Shown piece by piece: positions 46,753 to 55,418 of a stretch of DNA of 64,000 nt. Position numbers and translations under genes: made by a program. The notes beneath the pieces are model-generated. The model saw only the letters and a list, made by a program, of their open reading frames with translations. It searched no databases and was not told where the DNA came from. Within the stretch, counting starts at the first letter, position 1. The number at the start of each line of letters is the position of its first letter. This stretch comes from an uncultured Actinomycetota bacterium (GTDB lineage Bacteria > Actinomycetota > Actinomycetes > JAHEKZ01): the NCBI GenBank assembly GCA_963718235.1, contig CAVQYR010000001.1, forward strand, positions 1,344,001-1,408,000, read 5' to 3'.

Positions 46753-46947
46753 GTGAGTGACCAGGACCTTGGGCCGGGCCCGTACTGGTGGTGTCTGGAC
46801 CACGCCCGTGTCGAGGGGCACGACGGATGCGCGAACACGGTGCGGATGGGGCCCTACGAGACCATCGCGGCCGCCGGACGCGCACTGGAGACGGCGCGCG
46901 AGCGCACGCAGCAGTGGGATGCCGATCCCAGATGGTCCGACACCTGA
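46753..46947 (+). CDS. Small conserved actinobacterial protein divergent from map
   Basis: [12 protein letters not shown]...[12 protein letters not shown]...ARERTQQWD; GGAGG RBS. Confidence 0.75.
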   Translation: MSDQDLGPGPYWWCLDHARVEGHDGCANTVRMGPYETIAAAGRALETARERTQQWDADPRWSDT

Positions 46948-46978
46948 CGTCGGTGGGCTGACCGGCACCAACCCGACG

Positions 46979-47019
46979 ACGAAACGGCCGCCGCCCATGA
47001 GGGGCAGCGGCCGTTTCGT
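46979..47019. terminator. Bidirectional terminator hairpin
   Basis: acgaaacggccgccgccc...gggcagcggccgtttcgt between convergent genes. Confidence 0.7.
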
Positions 47020-47055
47020 GACGCATGCGGCTCGTCGAGCCGGCGGTCTGTCTGC

Positions 47056-47739
47056 TCAGCGACTCCGACGGGTGGTGCGCTTGGCTGCGGTCTTGCGGGC
47101 CGGAGCCTTACGGGCCGTGGTCTTGCGCGCGGTGGTCTTGCGGGCCGGAGCCTTGCGCGCGGTGGTCTTGCGGGCCGGAGCCTTGCGCGCGGTGGTCTTG
47201 CGGGCTGCAGCCTTCTTGGTGGTGCGCTTGGCTGCGGTCTTGCGGGCCGGAGCCTTGCGTGCCGTGGTCTTGCGTGCGGTGGTCTTGCGGGCTGCAGTCT
47301 TCTTGGTGGTGCGCTTGGCTGCGGTCTTGCGGGCCGGAGCCTTGCGTGCCGTGGTCTTGCGTGCGGTGGTCTTGCGGGCTGCAGTCTTCTTGGTGGTGCG
47401 CTTGGCTGCGGTCTTGCGGGCCGGAGCCTTGCGTGCGGTGGTCTTGCGTGCGGTGGTCTTGCGGGCTGCAGTCTTCTTGGTGGTGCGCTTGGCTGCGGTC
47501 TTGCGGGCCGGAGCCTTGCGTGCGGTGGTCTTGCGTGCGGTGGTCTTGCGGGCTGCAGTCTTCTTGGTGGTGCGCTTGGCTGCGGTCTTGCGGGCCGGAG
47601 CCTTGCGTGCGGTGGTCTTGCGGGCTGCAGTCTTCTTCGTCGTGCGCTTGGTCGTGCGCTTGGCTGCTGTGGTCTTCTTCGTGGTGCGCTTGGCTGCGGG
47701 TTTCTTTGCTGCCCGCTTCGCCGTGGTCCTGGGCGCCAC
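47056..47739 (-). CDS. Histone H1/Hc2-like basic repeat protein (227 aa)
   Basis: GTG start with AGGAGG RBS; almost entirely K/R/T/A/P pentapeptides (KTTAR, KAPAR, KTAAK); synonymous variation between repeat copies; downstream terminator. Confidence 0.85.
   Translation of the reverse strand: MAPRTTAKRAAKKPAAKRTTKKTTAAKRTTKRTTKKTAARKTTARKAPARKTAAKRTTKKTAARKTTARKTTARKAPARKTAAKRTTKKTAARKTTARKTTARKAPARKTAAKRTTKKTAARKTTARKTTARKAPARKTAAKRTTKKTAARKTTARKTTARKAPARKTAAKRTTKKAAARKTTARKAPARKTTARKAPARKTTARKTTARKAPARKTAAKRTTRRSR
47070..47700. repeat. Coding tandem repeat: 15-bp units in 87-bp higher-order repeats
   Basis: Four full copies of the 29-codon unit KRTTKKTAARKTTARKTTARKAPARKTAA plus partial copies. 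Confidence 0.95.
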
Positions 47740-47916
47740 CGGTGCCTCCTGACACGTTTGGAGTTCGGCCCCTTCGCCGAACCTCTGATGTGCACGATCC
47801 CACCGCTCGTGCGGCGATTCCAGCATCGTGCATGTTCCATGCGCGAGCGTGTCGCACATGGGACTTCGACATTGTGACGTGTTCTGCACGAACATGCGAG
47901 TTCATCCGCAGTCGAC

Positions 47917-49275
47917 TCACGAACTTTCGTCATGCATCGCGGCGTTGCGTCGTCGACGTTGTTCCACCGCGTTCTCGTCGGTGCGGTCGTCGAATCGCCA
48001 CACCGCCGGGAGCACGACTGGTGCAAGAAGCACTCCGACCACGGCGAGGAGACCACCGCCCCACAACGAGATGCGCAGCGTCGTCAGCTGCGCCATCAGG
48101 GTGGATCGGACCTGTCCGAGCTGCGGTCCGGTCGAGTACGACAGCAGCTCGATCCCGGCCAGACGACCGCGTAGCTCGTCAGGGATCGTCAGGTTCCACA
48201 TCAGGCTGCGGAACAGCCCGCTCACCATGTCGCCGGCACCCGCGATGGCGAGGAAGAGCAGGGCCCAGCCGATGTTCGGAGACAGCCCGAAACCGACGAT
48301 GGCAGCGCCCCACACCACGGCCCCGTAGACGATCGCGCGCCCGTGGTGGTGCACATGACTAGTCCATCCGGACGTGAGAGTGGCTACCAGTGACCCCACA
48401 TACGGCGCGGAGTACAGCAGTCCCAACACCCAGGGCGAGTCGTACATCAAGGCGATGAAGGGGAACAACGCGTACGGAAAGGCGAACAGCATCGCGACGA
48501 TGTCGATGACGTAGGTGCCGAGCAGGTCCTTGCGCGACCAGGCGTACTGCATGCCTTCGACGATGCCTCTGAGGCTGGGCGCCACGGCACCCAAGGGAGG
48601 CGGCGAGGCCCGCATGAGGGCCAACGCGACGAGCGAGGCGGCGTAGCTGACGAAGTCGACGGCGTACGCGGCTGAGACTCCACCGACGGCGATGATGAGA
48701 CCACCGAAGGCGGGTCCGGCGATCGTCCCGATGTTCATTCGCAGCGAGTTGAGCGCCGATGCGGCCGCAAGGTGGTCGGGGACCACGATCCTGGGGATCA
48801 ACGCGTCCAGGGACGGCCGTTGGAGGCCGTCGAGGATCGCGAACACGAAGGACGCCAGGTAGATGACCCACAGCTGCGGTTGGTCGAGCAGCGCGTTGAC
48901 CATCAGCCCTGCGGTCACGAGGGTGAAGCCGAGCTCGGCGACCAGGACGAGCCGGCGCCGGTCGACGGCGTCGGCCAGTGCGCCACCGTAGAGGCCGAAG
49001 GCGATGAGCGGGACCAGCTCGACGACGCCGAGCACGCCGACGGCGATGTAGGAGCCGGTCAGGTCGGCGACCTGGAACGGGAGTGCCACGTAGGTGACCA
49101 TCGAGCCGACGAAGGACACCGACCCCCCGAGGAACAGCAGTCGGAAGTCCCGGGAGTGCCGCAGCGGGGAGGTGTCCAGCCGGCTACGGCGGGCCAGCTG
49201 ACGCGCGCGCCGCCACCGTTGACTCACTGGGCCGTCACGGGGCTGAGTATCGGCGAGGGTCGTCGGATCGACCAA
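47917..49275 (-). CDS. MFS transporter (EntS/DHA3-like)
   Basis: PLRHSRDFRLLF, GGALADAVDRRRL, IPDELRGRLAG; 12 TM pattern. Confidence 0.88.
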   Translation of the reverse strand: MVDPTTLADTQPRDGPVSQRWRRARQLARRSRLDTSPLRHSRDFRLLFLGGSVSFVGSMVTYVALPFQVADLTGSYIAVGVLGVVELVPLIAFGLYGGALADAVDRRRLVLVAELGFTLVTAGLMVNALLDQPQLWVIYLASFVFAILDGLQRPSLDALIPRIVVPDHLAAASALNSLRMNIGTIAGPAFGGLIIAVGGVSAAYAVDFVSYAASLVALALMRASPPPLGAVAPSLRGIVEGMQYAWSRKDLLGTYVIDIVAMLFAFPYALFPFIALMYDSPWVLGLLYSAPYVGSLVATLTSGWTSHVHHHGRAIVYGAVVWGAAIVGFGLSPNIGWALLFLAIAGAGDMVSGLFRSLMWNLTIPDELRGRLAGIELLSYSTGPQLGQVRSTLMAQLTTLRISLWGGGLLAVVGVLLAPVVLPAVWRFDDRTDENAVEQRRRRNAAMHDESS

Positions 49276-49289
49276 GCGGTTATCGGGCG

Positions 49290-49964
49290 CTACCGTCCGG
49301 GCGCCTCGTCATCGTCCTGGTCGAGATGACGTGGGCCGCTGACCGTGTCGAGCATGCGGGCCAGTCGGTCACGAAAGCCACGCCTGGCGCTCGGTTCGGT
49401 GATCTCGCCGGCCGCCACGCTGACCAGGTGCTGCACGCTGTCGAAGGTGAGGATGTCGGAGAGCTCAGGGGTGACCAGACCCGACGGGTCGGTCGACTCC
49501 GACGGTGCGCCGGGCACGATCAGCGACTCGTGCGCCACGCTCTCGAGCTCTTGGTCGCCAGTGTCCAGCGCGAGCACCGTGGCGCCGGTCCTGCGGGCAT
49601 CCCACGCGCGCTGCAGCAAGCCCTCCGGTGCCCGCGTCTCGGCGACGACGAGCACGGTCTCGCCCCGTCGCGCCGCCTCCAGCCGCTGGAGCGTGACGGA
49701 CAGGTGAGGTGGGGCGTCGGCTGGGGGCTGGTAGCGCACCAGCGTCGGCTTGAGCTGGCCGATCCCGGTCAGCCGGGACTCGTCGTCCAGGTGGGCGGCC
49801 AGGTGCCACGGTTCCTCGTCGGGCGTGCCGACGAGCAGCAGGCCACCGGGGTCGTGGGTCGACGAACGCATCGTCCGGGCGAACCCCCGGGTGCGCTCGA
49901 CCCAGGACGTCGAGGCGAGCAGCTCGCGCAGGAGCAGTACCCGGCTGGCGTCCATGGTCGACAT
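49290..49964 (-). CDS. Conserved hypothetical protein
   Basis: GGLLLVGTPDEEPWHLAAHLDDE motif; good codon bias; divergent from npdG. Confidence 0.75.
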   Translation of the reverse strand: MSTMDASRVLLLRELLASTSWVERTRGFARTMRSSTHDPGGLLLVGTPDEEPWHLAAHLDDESRLTGIGQLKPTLVRYQPPADAPPHLSVTLQRLEAARRGETVLVVAETRAPEGLLQRAWDARRTGATVLALDTGDQELESVAHESLIVPGAPSESTDPSGLVTPELSDILTFDSVQHLVSVAAGEITEPSARRGFRDRLARMLDTVSGPRHLDQDDDEAPGR

Positions 49965-49998
49965 GGTGCCTCACGCCGGGGGCTGCCAGGATGCCGAC

Positions 49999-50712
49999 AT
50001 GACCTCCTCGCCTGAACCAGTCGCCCGGGCGCTGCCTGACGTCCGTGCCCTCACGATCGGAGTCCTCGGTGGGACCGGGGACCAGGGGCGTGGCCTGGCG
50101 CGGCGGATGGCGGCCTCGGGGCTGCGTGTCCTGCTCGGTTCCCGCGACCAGCAGCGCGCCGACGAGGCCGCGGCTGCTGCGGGGCCGGGCGTCGTGGGCC
50201 TGGTCAACGAGGAGGTCGCCCGGCGCAGCGATCTCGTGATCGTCGCGGTTCCATGGTCCGGTCATGCCGCCACCCTCGAGGCGCTGCGCGAGCACCTCGT
50301 GGGCACGATCGTGGTCGACTGCGTCAACCCGCTGGGGTTCGACGCGCAGGGGGCGTTCGCCCTGCCCGTGGCCGAGGGCAGCGCAGCGCAGCAGGCCGCC
50401 GCGCTGCTGCCGGACTCGACCGTGGTCGCCGCGTTCCACCACGTTTCCGCGGTGCAGCTCCTCGACGACGCGGTCGCCGACCTCGACTGCGACGTGCTCG
50501 TGCTCGGTGACGAGCGGTCGGCCACGGATGTCGTCGCGGCGCTCGCCGAGTCGATCCCGGGAGTACGAGGGATCTACGGTGGGCGGCTGCGCAACGCCCA
50601 CCAGGTGGAAGCGCTGACTGCGAACCTGATCTCGGTCAACCGGCGCTACAAGGCGCACGCGGGGGTCCGGATCACCGACCTCCACCCCGTCGCTCGGCCG
50701 GCATCGTCTTAG
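49999..50712 (+). CDS. npdG: NADPH-dependent F420 reductase
   Basis: IGVLGGTGDQGRGLA, GSR, VDCVNPL, GSAAQQ, AAFHHVSA, EALTANLISVNRRYK. Confidence 0.9.
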   Translation: MTSSPEPVARALPDVRALTIGVLGGTGDQGRGLARRMAASGLRVLLGSRDQQRADEAAAAAGPGVVGLVNEEVARRSDLVIVAVPWSGHAATLEALREHLVGTIVVDCVNPLGFDAQGAFALPVAEGSAAQQAAALLPDSTVVAAFHHVSAVQLLDDAVADLDCDVLVLGDERSATDVVAALAESIPGVRGIYGGRLRNAHQVEALTANLISVNRRYKAHAGVRITDLHPVARPASS

Positions 50713-50737
50713 CCCACCGAACGGTTGGGCGTCGGGG

Positions 50738-51580
50738 TCACCCGTAGCTGTGGGCGTCGTCCGGGAACGAGCCGTCGACGACGTCATCGGCCCACGCACG
50801 TACGGCGTCGGTGATGACGGTGTGCACGTCGGAATAGCGGCGGACGAACGACGGTGCCTTGCCGGGGGTGAGCCCGACGAGGTCCTGCCAGACCATCACC
50901 TGGGCGTCACACCCCACCCCGGCACCGATGCCGACGGTGGGGATGGAGACCGACGCGGTCACCCGCTCGGCCAGCTCGCGGGGGACGACCTCGAGAACCA
51001 CGGCGAACGCGCCAGCGGCCTCGAGGGCCTTCGCGTCACGGATCAGCGCCTCGCCGGCCCCGCCCCGGCCCTGGACCCGGTAGCCGCCCAGCGTGTTCAC
51101 CGACTGCGGGGTCAGGCCCAGGTGTCCCATCACGGGGATGCCCGCTCCGACCAGCGCCTCGACCTGGGCCAGCACCCGTTGCCCACCCTCGAGCTTGACG
51201 GCGTGCGCACCACCCTCCTTCAGGAAGCGAGCCGCCTGGTGCAGAGCCTGCTCGACCGACCCCTGGTAGGACCCGAAGGGCATGTCGGCGACGACCAGCG
51301 CCCGCCGAGTGCCGCGGCTCACCGCGGCGACGAGGGGGACCAGCTCGGCCATCGTGACCGGGACGGTCGAGGAGTAGCCGTACACCACGTTGGCCGCGGA
51401 GTCGCCGACGAGGAGCACGGGGATGCCGGCGTCGTCGAACAGGCGCGCGGTCAAGGCGTCGTAGGCGGTGAGCATGGGCCAACGCTCGCCGCGCTCCTTG
51501 GCGAGCAGGAGGTCACGCACCGTGACCCGGGTCGGCCCGTGGTCGGCGCTTCCGTACAGCGGGCGTGGGGTGGGGGGCAT
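50738..51580 (-). CDS. panB: 3-methyl-2-oxobutanoate hydroxymethyltransferase
   Basis: [41 protein letters not shown]. Confidence 0.96.
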   Translation of the reverse strand: MPPTPRPLYGSADHGPTRVTVRDLLLAKERGERWPMLTAYDALTARLFDDAGIPVLLVGDSAANVVYGYSSTVPVTMAELVPLVAAVSRGTRRALVVADMPFGSYQGSVEQALHQAARFLKEGGAHAVKLEGGQRVLAQVEALVGAGIPVMGHLGLTPQSVNTLGGYRVQGRGGAGEALIRDAKALEAAGAFAVVLEVVPRELAERVTASVSIPTVGIGAGVGCDAQVMVWQDLVGLTPGKAPSFVRRYSDVHTVITDAVRAWADDVVDGSFPDDAHSYG

Positions 51581-51589
51581 GGCCGCACC

Positions 51590-51649
51590 TTTCCTGCCTC
51601 GAGGCCCTAGGGGTCCCCGGACTCGCTGGGCTCCCGGCCGGGAGCCCAG
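51590..51649 (-). promoter_or_regulatory. Structured panB leader (candidate pan-motif-like element)
   Basis: Perfect 24-bp palindrome at 51626-51649, followed on the minus strand by tccggggacccctagggcctcgagg, a hairpin with bulged A residues just before the RBS. Confidence 0.45.
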
Positions 51650-51709
51650 ACCCGTCCATGGTCTCACCCGTGGCCCGCCCCGCCAAGCACCCGGCTCGCC
51701 GCTCTTTCC

Positions 51710-51735
51710 GATACGGAACGGTTGCGTTTCGTATC
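51710..51735. promoter_or_regulatory. Probable TetR operator upstream of the MFS-TetR operon
   Basis: Inverted repeat gatacggaacg-gttg-cgtttcgtatc (10/11 match) about 60 bp upstream of the efflux gene. Confidence 0.65.
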
Positions 51736-51797
51736 AAGTCCGCCTACCGTGACCGGGTCGCGCGACCGACGGCGACCCGACGAGAAGGTGGACGACC

Positions 51798-53393
51798 ATG
51801 GACGAGCAGACCGTCTTCGAGCGACGGTGGCGGATCCTGGCCATCCTCGTGGTCAGCCTGCTCGTGGTCGTGCTCGACAACACGATCATGAACGTGGCCC
51901 TGCCGACGATCCAGAACGACCTGGACGCGAGCCAGAGCCAGCTGATCTGGGCGGTCGACTCCTACGTCCTGGTCTTCGCGTCGCTGCTGTTCACCTGGGG
52001 CGTCATGGGCGACCGGTACGGCCGGCGGCGGATCCTGGTCATCGGTCTGGTCCTGTTCGGTCTGGCCTCGGCCCTCAGCGCGTACTCCGGCTCGATCGAG
52101 CAGCTCATCGCCTTCCGGGCGCTGATGGGGATCGGCGGGGCCGCAGTGCTCCCGGTCACCCTCGCGATCATCACCAACGTGTTCCCCCCGAACGAGCGTG
52201 GACGCGCCATCGGCGTGTGGGCCGGGGCCGTCGGGGTCGCCGTGGCGATCGGACCGATCACCGGTGGCTTCCTGCTCGAGCACTTCTGGTGGGGCTCGGT
52301 CTTCCTGATCAACGTCCCCGTCGTCATCGTCGGCGTCGCGGGCATCCTGTGGCTCGTGCCCGAGTCGCGCGGCGGCACCCAGACCCGCCTGGACCCCGCC
52401 GGCGTGCTGTTGTCGATCGTCGGCCTGATGCTCCTGGTCTACGGCATCGTGCGTGGCGGCGAGACCCGCGACTGGACGAGCGTGGGCGTGTGGGGCACGA
52501 TCGCCGCCGGGCTGGCTGTGCTCGCCCTGTTCCTCTTCCTCGAGCTGCGTTCGGACCACCCGTCGCTGGACATCCACCTGTTCGGCAACCGGGAGTTCTC
52601 GGTCACCTTGGCCAGTGTGACCCTGGCCTTCTTCGGTCTCATGGGCGCGACGTTCTTCCTCGTCTTCTACCTGCAGACCGTACGCGGGCTGTCACCGTTC
52701 CAGGCCGGGCTGGCCCTGCTGCCACTGGCGCTGGGGCAGGTGGTCTCGGCGACGCGCAGCGCCACGGCGGCCAAGCGCTTTGGTCCCCGTGTGGTCATCG
52801 GCACCGGGCTGACCCTGGTCGGGATCGTGTTCTCGACCATGCTCCTCGTGCAGGCGGACACGCCGATGTGGATCATCCTGCTGCTGTACCTGGGGATCGG
52901 GCTCGGCATGGGAAGCGCTATCGCCCCGGCCACCACCGTGATGATGTCGACGTTGCCGCTGACCCGCGCCGGAGCGGGGTCCGCCGTGCAGAACACCGTG
53001 CGCCAGGTGGGTGGGGCGCTGGGTGTGGCCATCCTGGGCACCGTGATCGGCGTGGTCTACGGCCACAACTTCGACACCCTCGTTCCAGATCTGCCGACGC
53101 AGGCACAGGCAGCCAGCAACTCCGTCGAGCAGGCGTACGCCGTCGCCGAGAAGGGGCTCGTCCAGGGGCTGGTCACGCCGGCCCAGGCCGACGCGCTGCT
53201 GACCGCGGCCAACTCCGCGTTCATCAGCGCCATGCACGTGGCGACACTCATCACGGCTGCCGCAGCGTTCATCGGGGCTGCGACGGCGTTCCTGGGGCTT
53301 CCGCACAAGTCGGCGGCGGCGGCCATCCAGCGCGAGCGTCAGGAGCAGTTCGAGACGCACGCCGAGACGGTCGCGGAGGCCGAGCAGTCGTGA
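51798..53393 (+). CDS. DHA2 (EmrB/QacA) family MFS efflux transporter
   Basis: LDNTIMNVALPTI, GDRYGRRRIL, ERGRAIGVW, WGSVFLINVP; 14 TM pattern. Confidence 0.93.
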   Translation: MDEQTVFERRWRILAILVVSLLVVVLDNTIMNVALPTIQNDLDASQSQLIWAVDSYVLVFASLLFTWGVMGDRYGRRRILVIGLVLFGLASALSAYSGSIEQLIAFRALMGIGGAAVLPVTLAIITNVFPPNERGRAIGVWAGAVGVAVAIGPITGGFLLEHFWWGSVFLINVPVVIVGVAGILWLVPESRGGTQTRLDPAGVLLSIVGLMLLVYGIVRGGETRDWTSVGVWGTIAAGLAVLALFLFLELRSDHPSLDIHLFGNREFSVTLASVTLAFFGLMGATFFLVFYLQTVRGLSPFQAGLALLPLALGQVVSATRSATAAKRFGPRVVIGTGLTLVGIVFSTMLLVQADTPMWIILLLYLGIGLGMGSAIAPATTVMMSTLPLTRAGAGSAVQNTVRQVGGALGVAILGTVIGVVYGHNFDTLVPDLPTQAQAASNSVEQAYAVAEKGLVQGLVTPAQADALLTAANSAFISAMHVATLITAAAAFIGAATAFLGLPHKSAAAAIQRERQEQFETHAETVAEAEQS

Positions 53394-54013
53394 CGACGAC
53401 ACCCGTGCGACGCGGACGACCGCGCAGCGCGCAGGCGGACACGGCCATCGTCGACGCCGTCCTCGAGCTGATCACCGAGCAGGGGCTCGGGTCACTCACC
53501 GTCGAGTCGGTGGCGGCCCGCGCCGGCGTTGGCAAAGCGACGCTCTACCGGCGCTGGCCCAACAAGGACGCCCTGGTGCTCGACGCGCTGGCCCATCTCA
53601 ACGATGCGCTGCCACCGGTCCTGGGTGACACCCTGCGCGAACGGCTGGTGTCGCTGCTGACGCCGATGCGCTGCCGACCACAGGCGGCGCGATCGATGCG
53701 GCTGATCCCTCGGGTGCTCAGCCACCGCGAGGGCAGCCCCGAGCTGTACGAGTGCTTCTTCGAGCAGGTGATCGCCCCGCGACGGGAGCGCTTCCTGGTC
53801 GAGCTGAGGGCTGCGGCCGAGGCTGGAGAGATCCGGGCCGACGTCGACCTCGAGCTGGCGGTCAACGCCCTGGTGGGGCCGGTGCTCTACCAGTCCCTGG
53901 TGATCCCCGACGGCCACCCGGCCGCGACCCAGCGGCCCGAAGCGCTCGTCGACCTGGTGCTCAGCGGGCTTTCGCCGATCGCTTCGGCGGCGGAACCGCC
54001 GCCAGCGCGTTGA
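53390..54013 (+). CDS. TetR/AcrR family transcriptional regulator
   Basis: RRGRPRS, VAARAGVGKATLYRRWPNK; start overlaps the MFS stop. Confidence 0.93.
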   Translation: MTTTPVRRGRPRSAQADTAIVDAVLELITEQGLGSLTVESVAARAGVGKATLYRRWPNKDALVLDALAHLNDALPPVLGDTLRERLVSLLTPMRCRPQAARSMRLIPRVLSHREGSPELYECFFEQVIAPRRERFLVELRAAAEAGEIRADVDLELAVNALVGPVLYQSLVIPDGHPAATQRPEALVDLVLSGLSPIASAAEPPPAR

Positions 54014-55352
54014 CGAACGCCTCTCGCCAGTCGGTGATGCTCCACTCCCGAAGCCGTTCCATGGCGTCGTCCCAGCGACGGCGGCGCTCACGCAGGGTCA
54101 TCCCTACGGCCCGGTGCATGGCATCGGCCACGCTCTCCAGGTCGTGCGGGTTGACCACCAGTGCACTGGTCAGCTCACGGGCCGCGCCCGCGAACTGCGA
54201 CAGCAGCAGCACGCCGGGGTCCTCGGGGTCCTGTGCGGCGATGTACTCCTTGGCCACGAGGTTCATGCCGTCCCGCAGAGGGGTGACCAGTCCGACCCGG
54301 GCCACCCGGTAGAACCCGGCCAGGGTCGACTGTGGGTAGGTCCGGTTGACGTACCGCAGCGGCACCCAGTCGGCCTCGGAGAACCGGCCGTTGACGCCGC
54401 CCGCCTGGCGCTCCAGCTCGCTGCGGATCATCCGGTACTCGGGGACCTCGCCGCGAGAGGCCGGTGCGATCTGCAGGTACGCGACCTGCCGCCGGTGCTC
54501 GGGGTAGCGGTCGAGGAAGCGGCTGAACGACATGAAGCGGTCGTTGAGGCCCTTGGAGTAGTCGAGCCGGTCGACGCCGATCATCATCCAGCGCCCCAGC
54601 AGGCTCTCCCGCAGGCGCCGCACGGTGGGCTGGGTGATCGCTCGCGCGGCCTGCCCGGCCACGAGGTCGGCGTCGATCGAGATCGGAAGGCACATCACCC
54701 GGGTGTCGTGCCCGGCCACCGTGACGACGTCGGTGCCCAGCACCTTGGCCCCTGCCACGTCGCGCATGTAGTCGGTGAAGGCCTGGGTGTCCGACGGGGT
54801 CTGGAAGCCCACCAGGTCGTAGTCGGTCATCGAGTCCATCAGGGCGCGCGCGCCAGGCAGCGCGGACAACAGGTCCGGCGGGGGGAGCGGGGTGTGCAGG
54901 AAGAAGCCGATCCGGGCGCGCACCCCCTCCTCGCGCAGCAGCGCGGCGAGCGGCATCAGGTGGTAGTCGTGCACCCAGACCAGGTCGTCGTCCTGGAGCA
55001 GGGGCGCCACCATCCGGGCGAACATCCGGTTGACCCGCTGGTAGGCGCGGTAGGTGTCCCGTCGGTAGTCGACCAGGTCGAGCCGGAAGTGCAGCAGGGG
55101 CCACAGCGTGCGGTTGGCGAACCCGTTGTAGTACTCGTCGTAGTCGTCCTTCGGCAGGTCGAAGGTGACGTACGTGATCGGGCCCTCGACCTGGGTGCGC
55201 GGAGGTCCGGGTGGGTCCGACGTACGCCCGCTCCAGCCGAACCAGACCCCGCCGTGGTCGGCCAGGGCGGCCAGCACTGCGGGGGCGAGACCGCCGGCCC
55301 GGGTCTCGCGGGGCAGCGCGACCCGGTTGGAGACCACCACCAGCCGACTCAT
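53961..55352 (-). CDS. otsA: Trehalose-6-phosphate synthase
   Basis: LVVVSNRV, AGGLA, WVHDYHL, GVDRLDYSKG, RDGMNLVAKEY, LSQFAGAA. Confidence 0.95.
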   Translation of the reverse strand: MSRLVVVSNRVALPRETRAGGLAPAVLAALADHGGVWFGWSGRTSDPPGPPRTQVEGPITYVTFDLPKDDYDEYYNGFANRTLWPLLHFRLDLVDYRRDTYRAYQRVNRMFARMVAPLLQDDDLVWVHDYHLMPLAALLREEGVRARIGFFLHTPLPPPDLLSALPGARALMDSMTDYDLVGFQTPSDTQAFTDYMRDVAGAKVLGTDVVTVAGHDTRVMCLPISIDADLVAGQAARAITQPTVRRLRESLLGRWMMIGVDRLDYSKGLNDRFMSFSRFLDRYPEHRRQVAYLQIAPASRGEVPEYRMIRSELERQAGGVNGRFSEADWVPLRYVNRTYPQSTLAGFYRVARVGLVTPLRDGMNLVAKEYIAAQDPEDPGVLLLSQFAGAARELTSALVVNPHDLESVADAMHRAVGMTLRERRRRWDDAMERLREWSITDWREAFVNALAAVPPPKRSAKAR

Positions 55353-55418
55353 CGTGCGCCCCGACCTCTCGACGACCTGCTCCTCGACCCTATCCCGCCC
55401 CGCCTCGGGCGGGCGGGG

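Noticed and set aside
47070-47700. Possible CRISPR array
   Set aside because: Repeats are contiguous multiples of 3 with no unique spacers, and there are no cas genes in the window.
47025-48362. Cys/Trp-rich repeat ORF on the plus strand, and other-frame repeat ORFs (46757..47752, 46854..48056, 47108..47920)
   Set aside because: Alternative frames of the histone-like repeat. Only the K/R/T/A frame has an RBS and third-position variation between copies.
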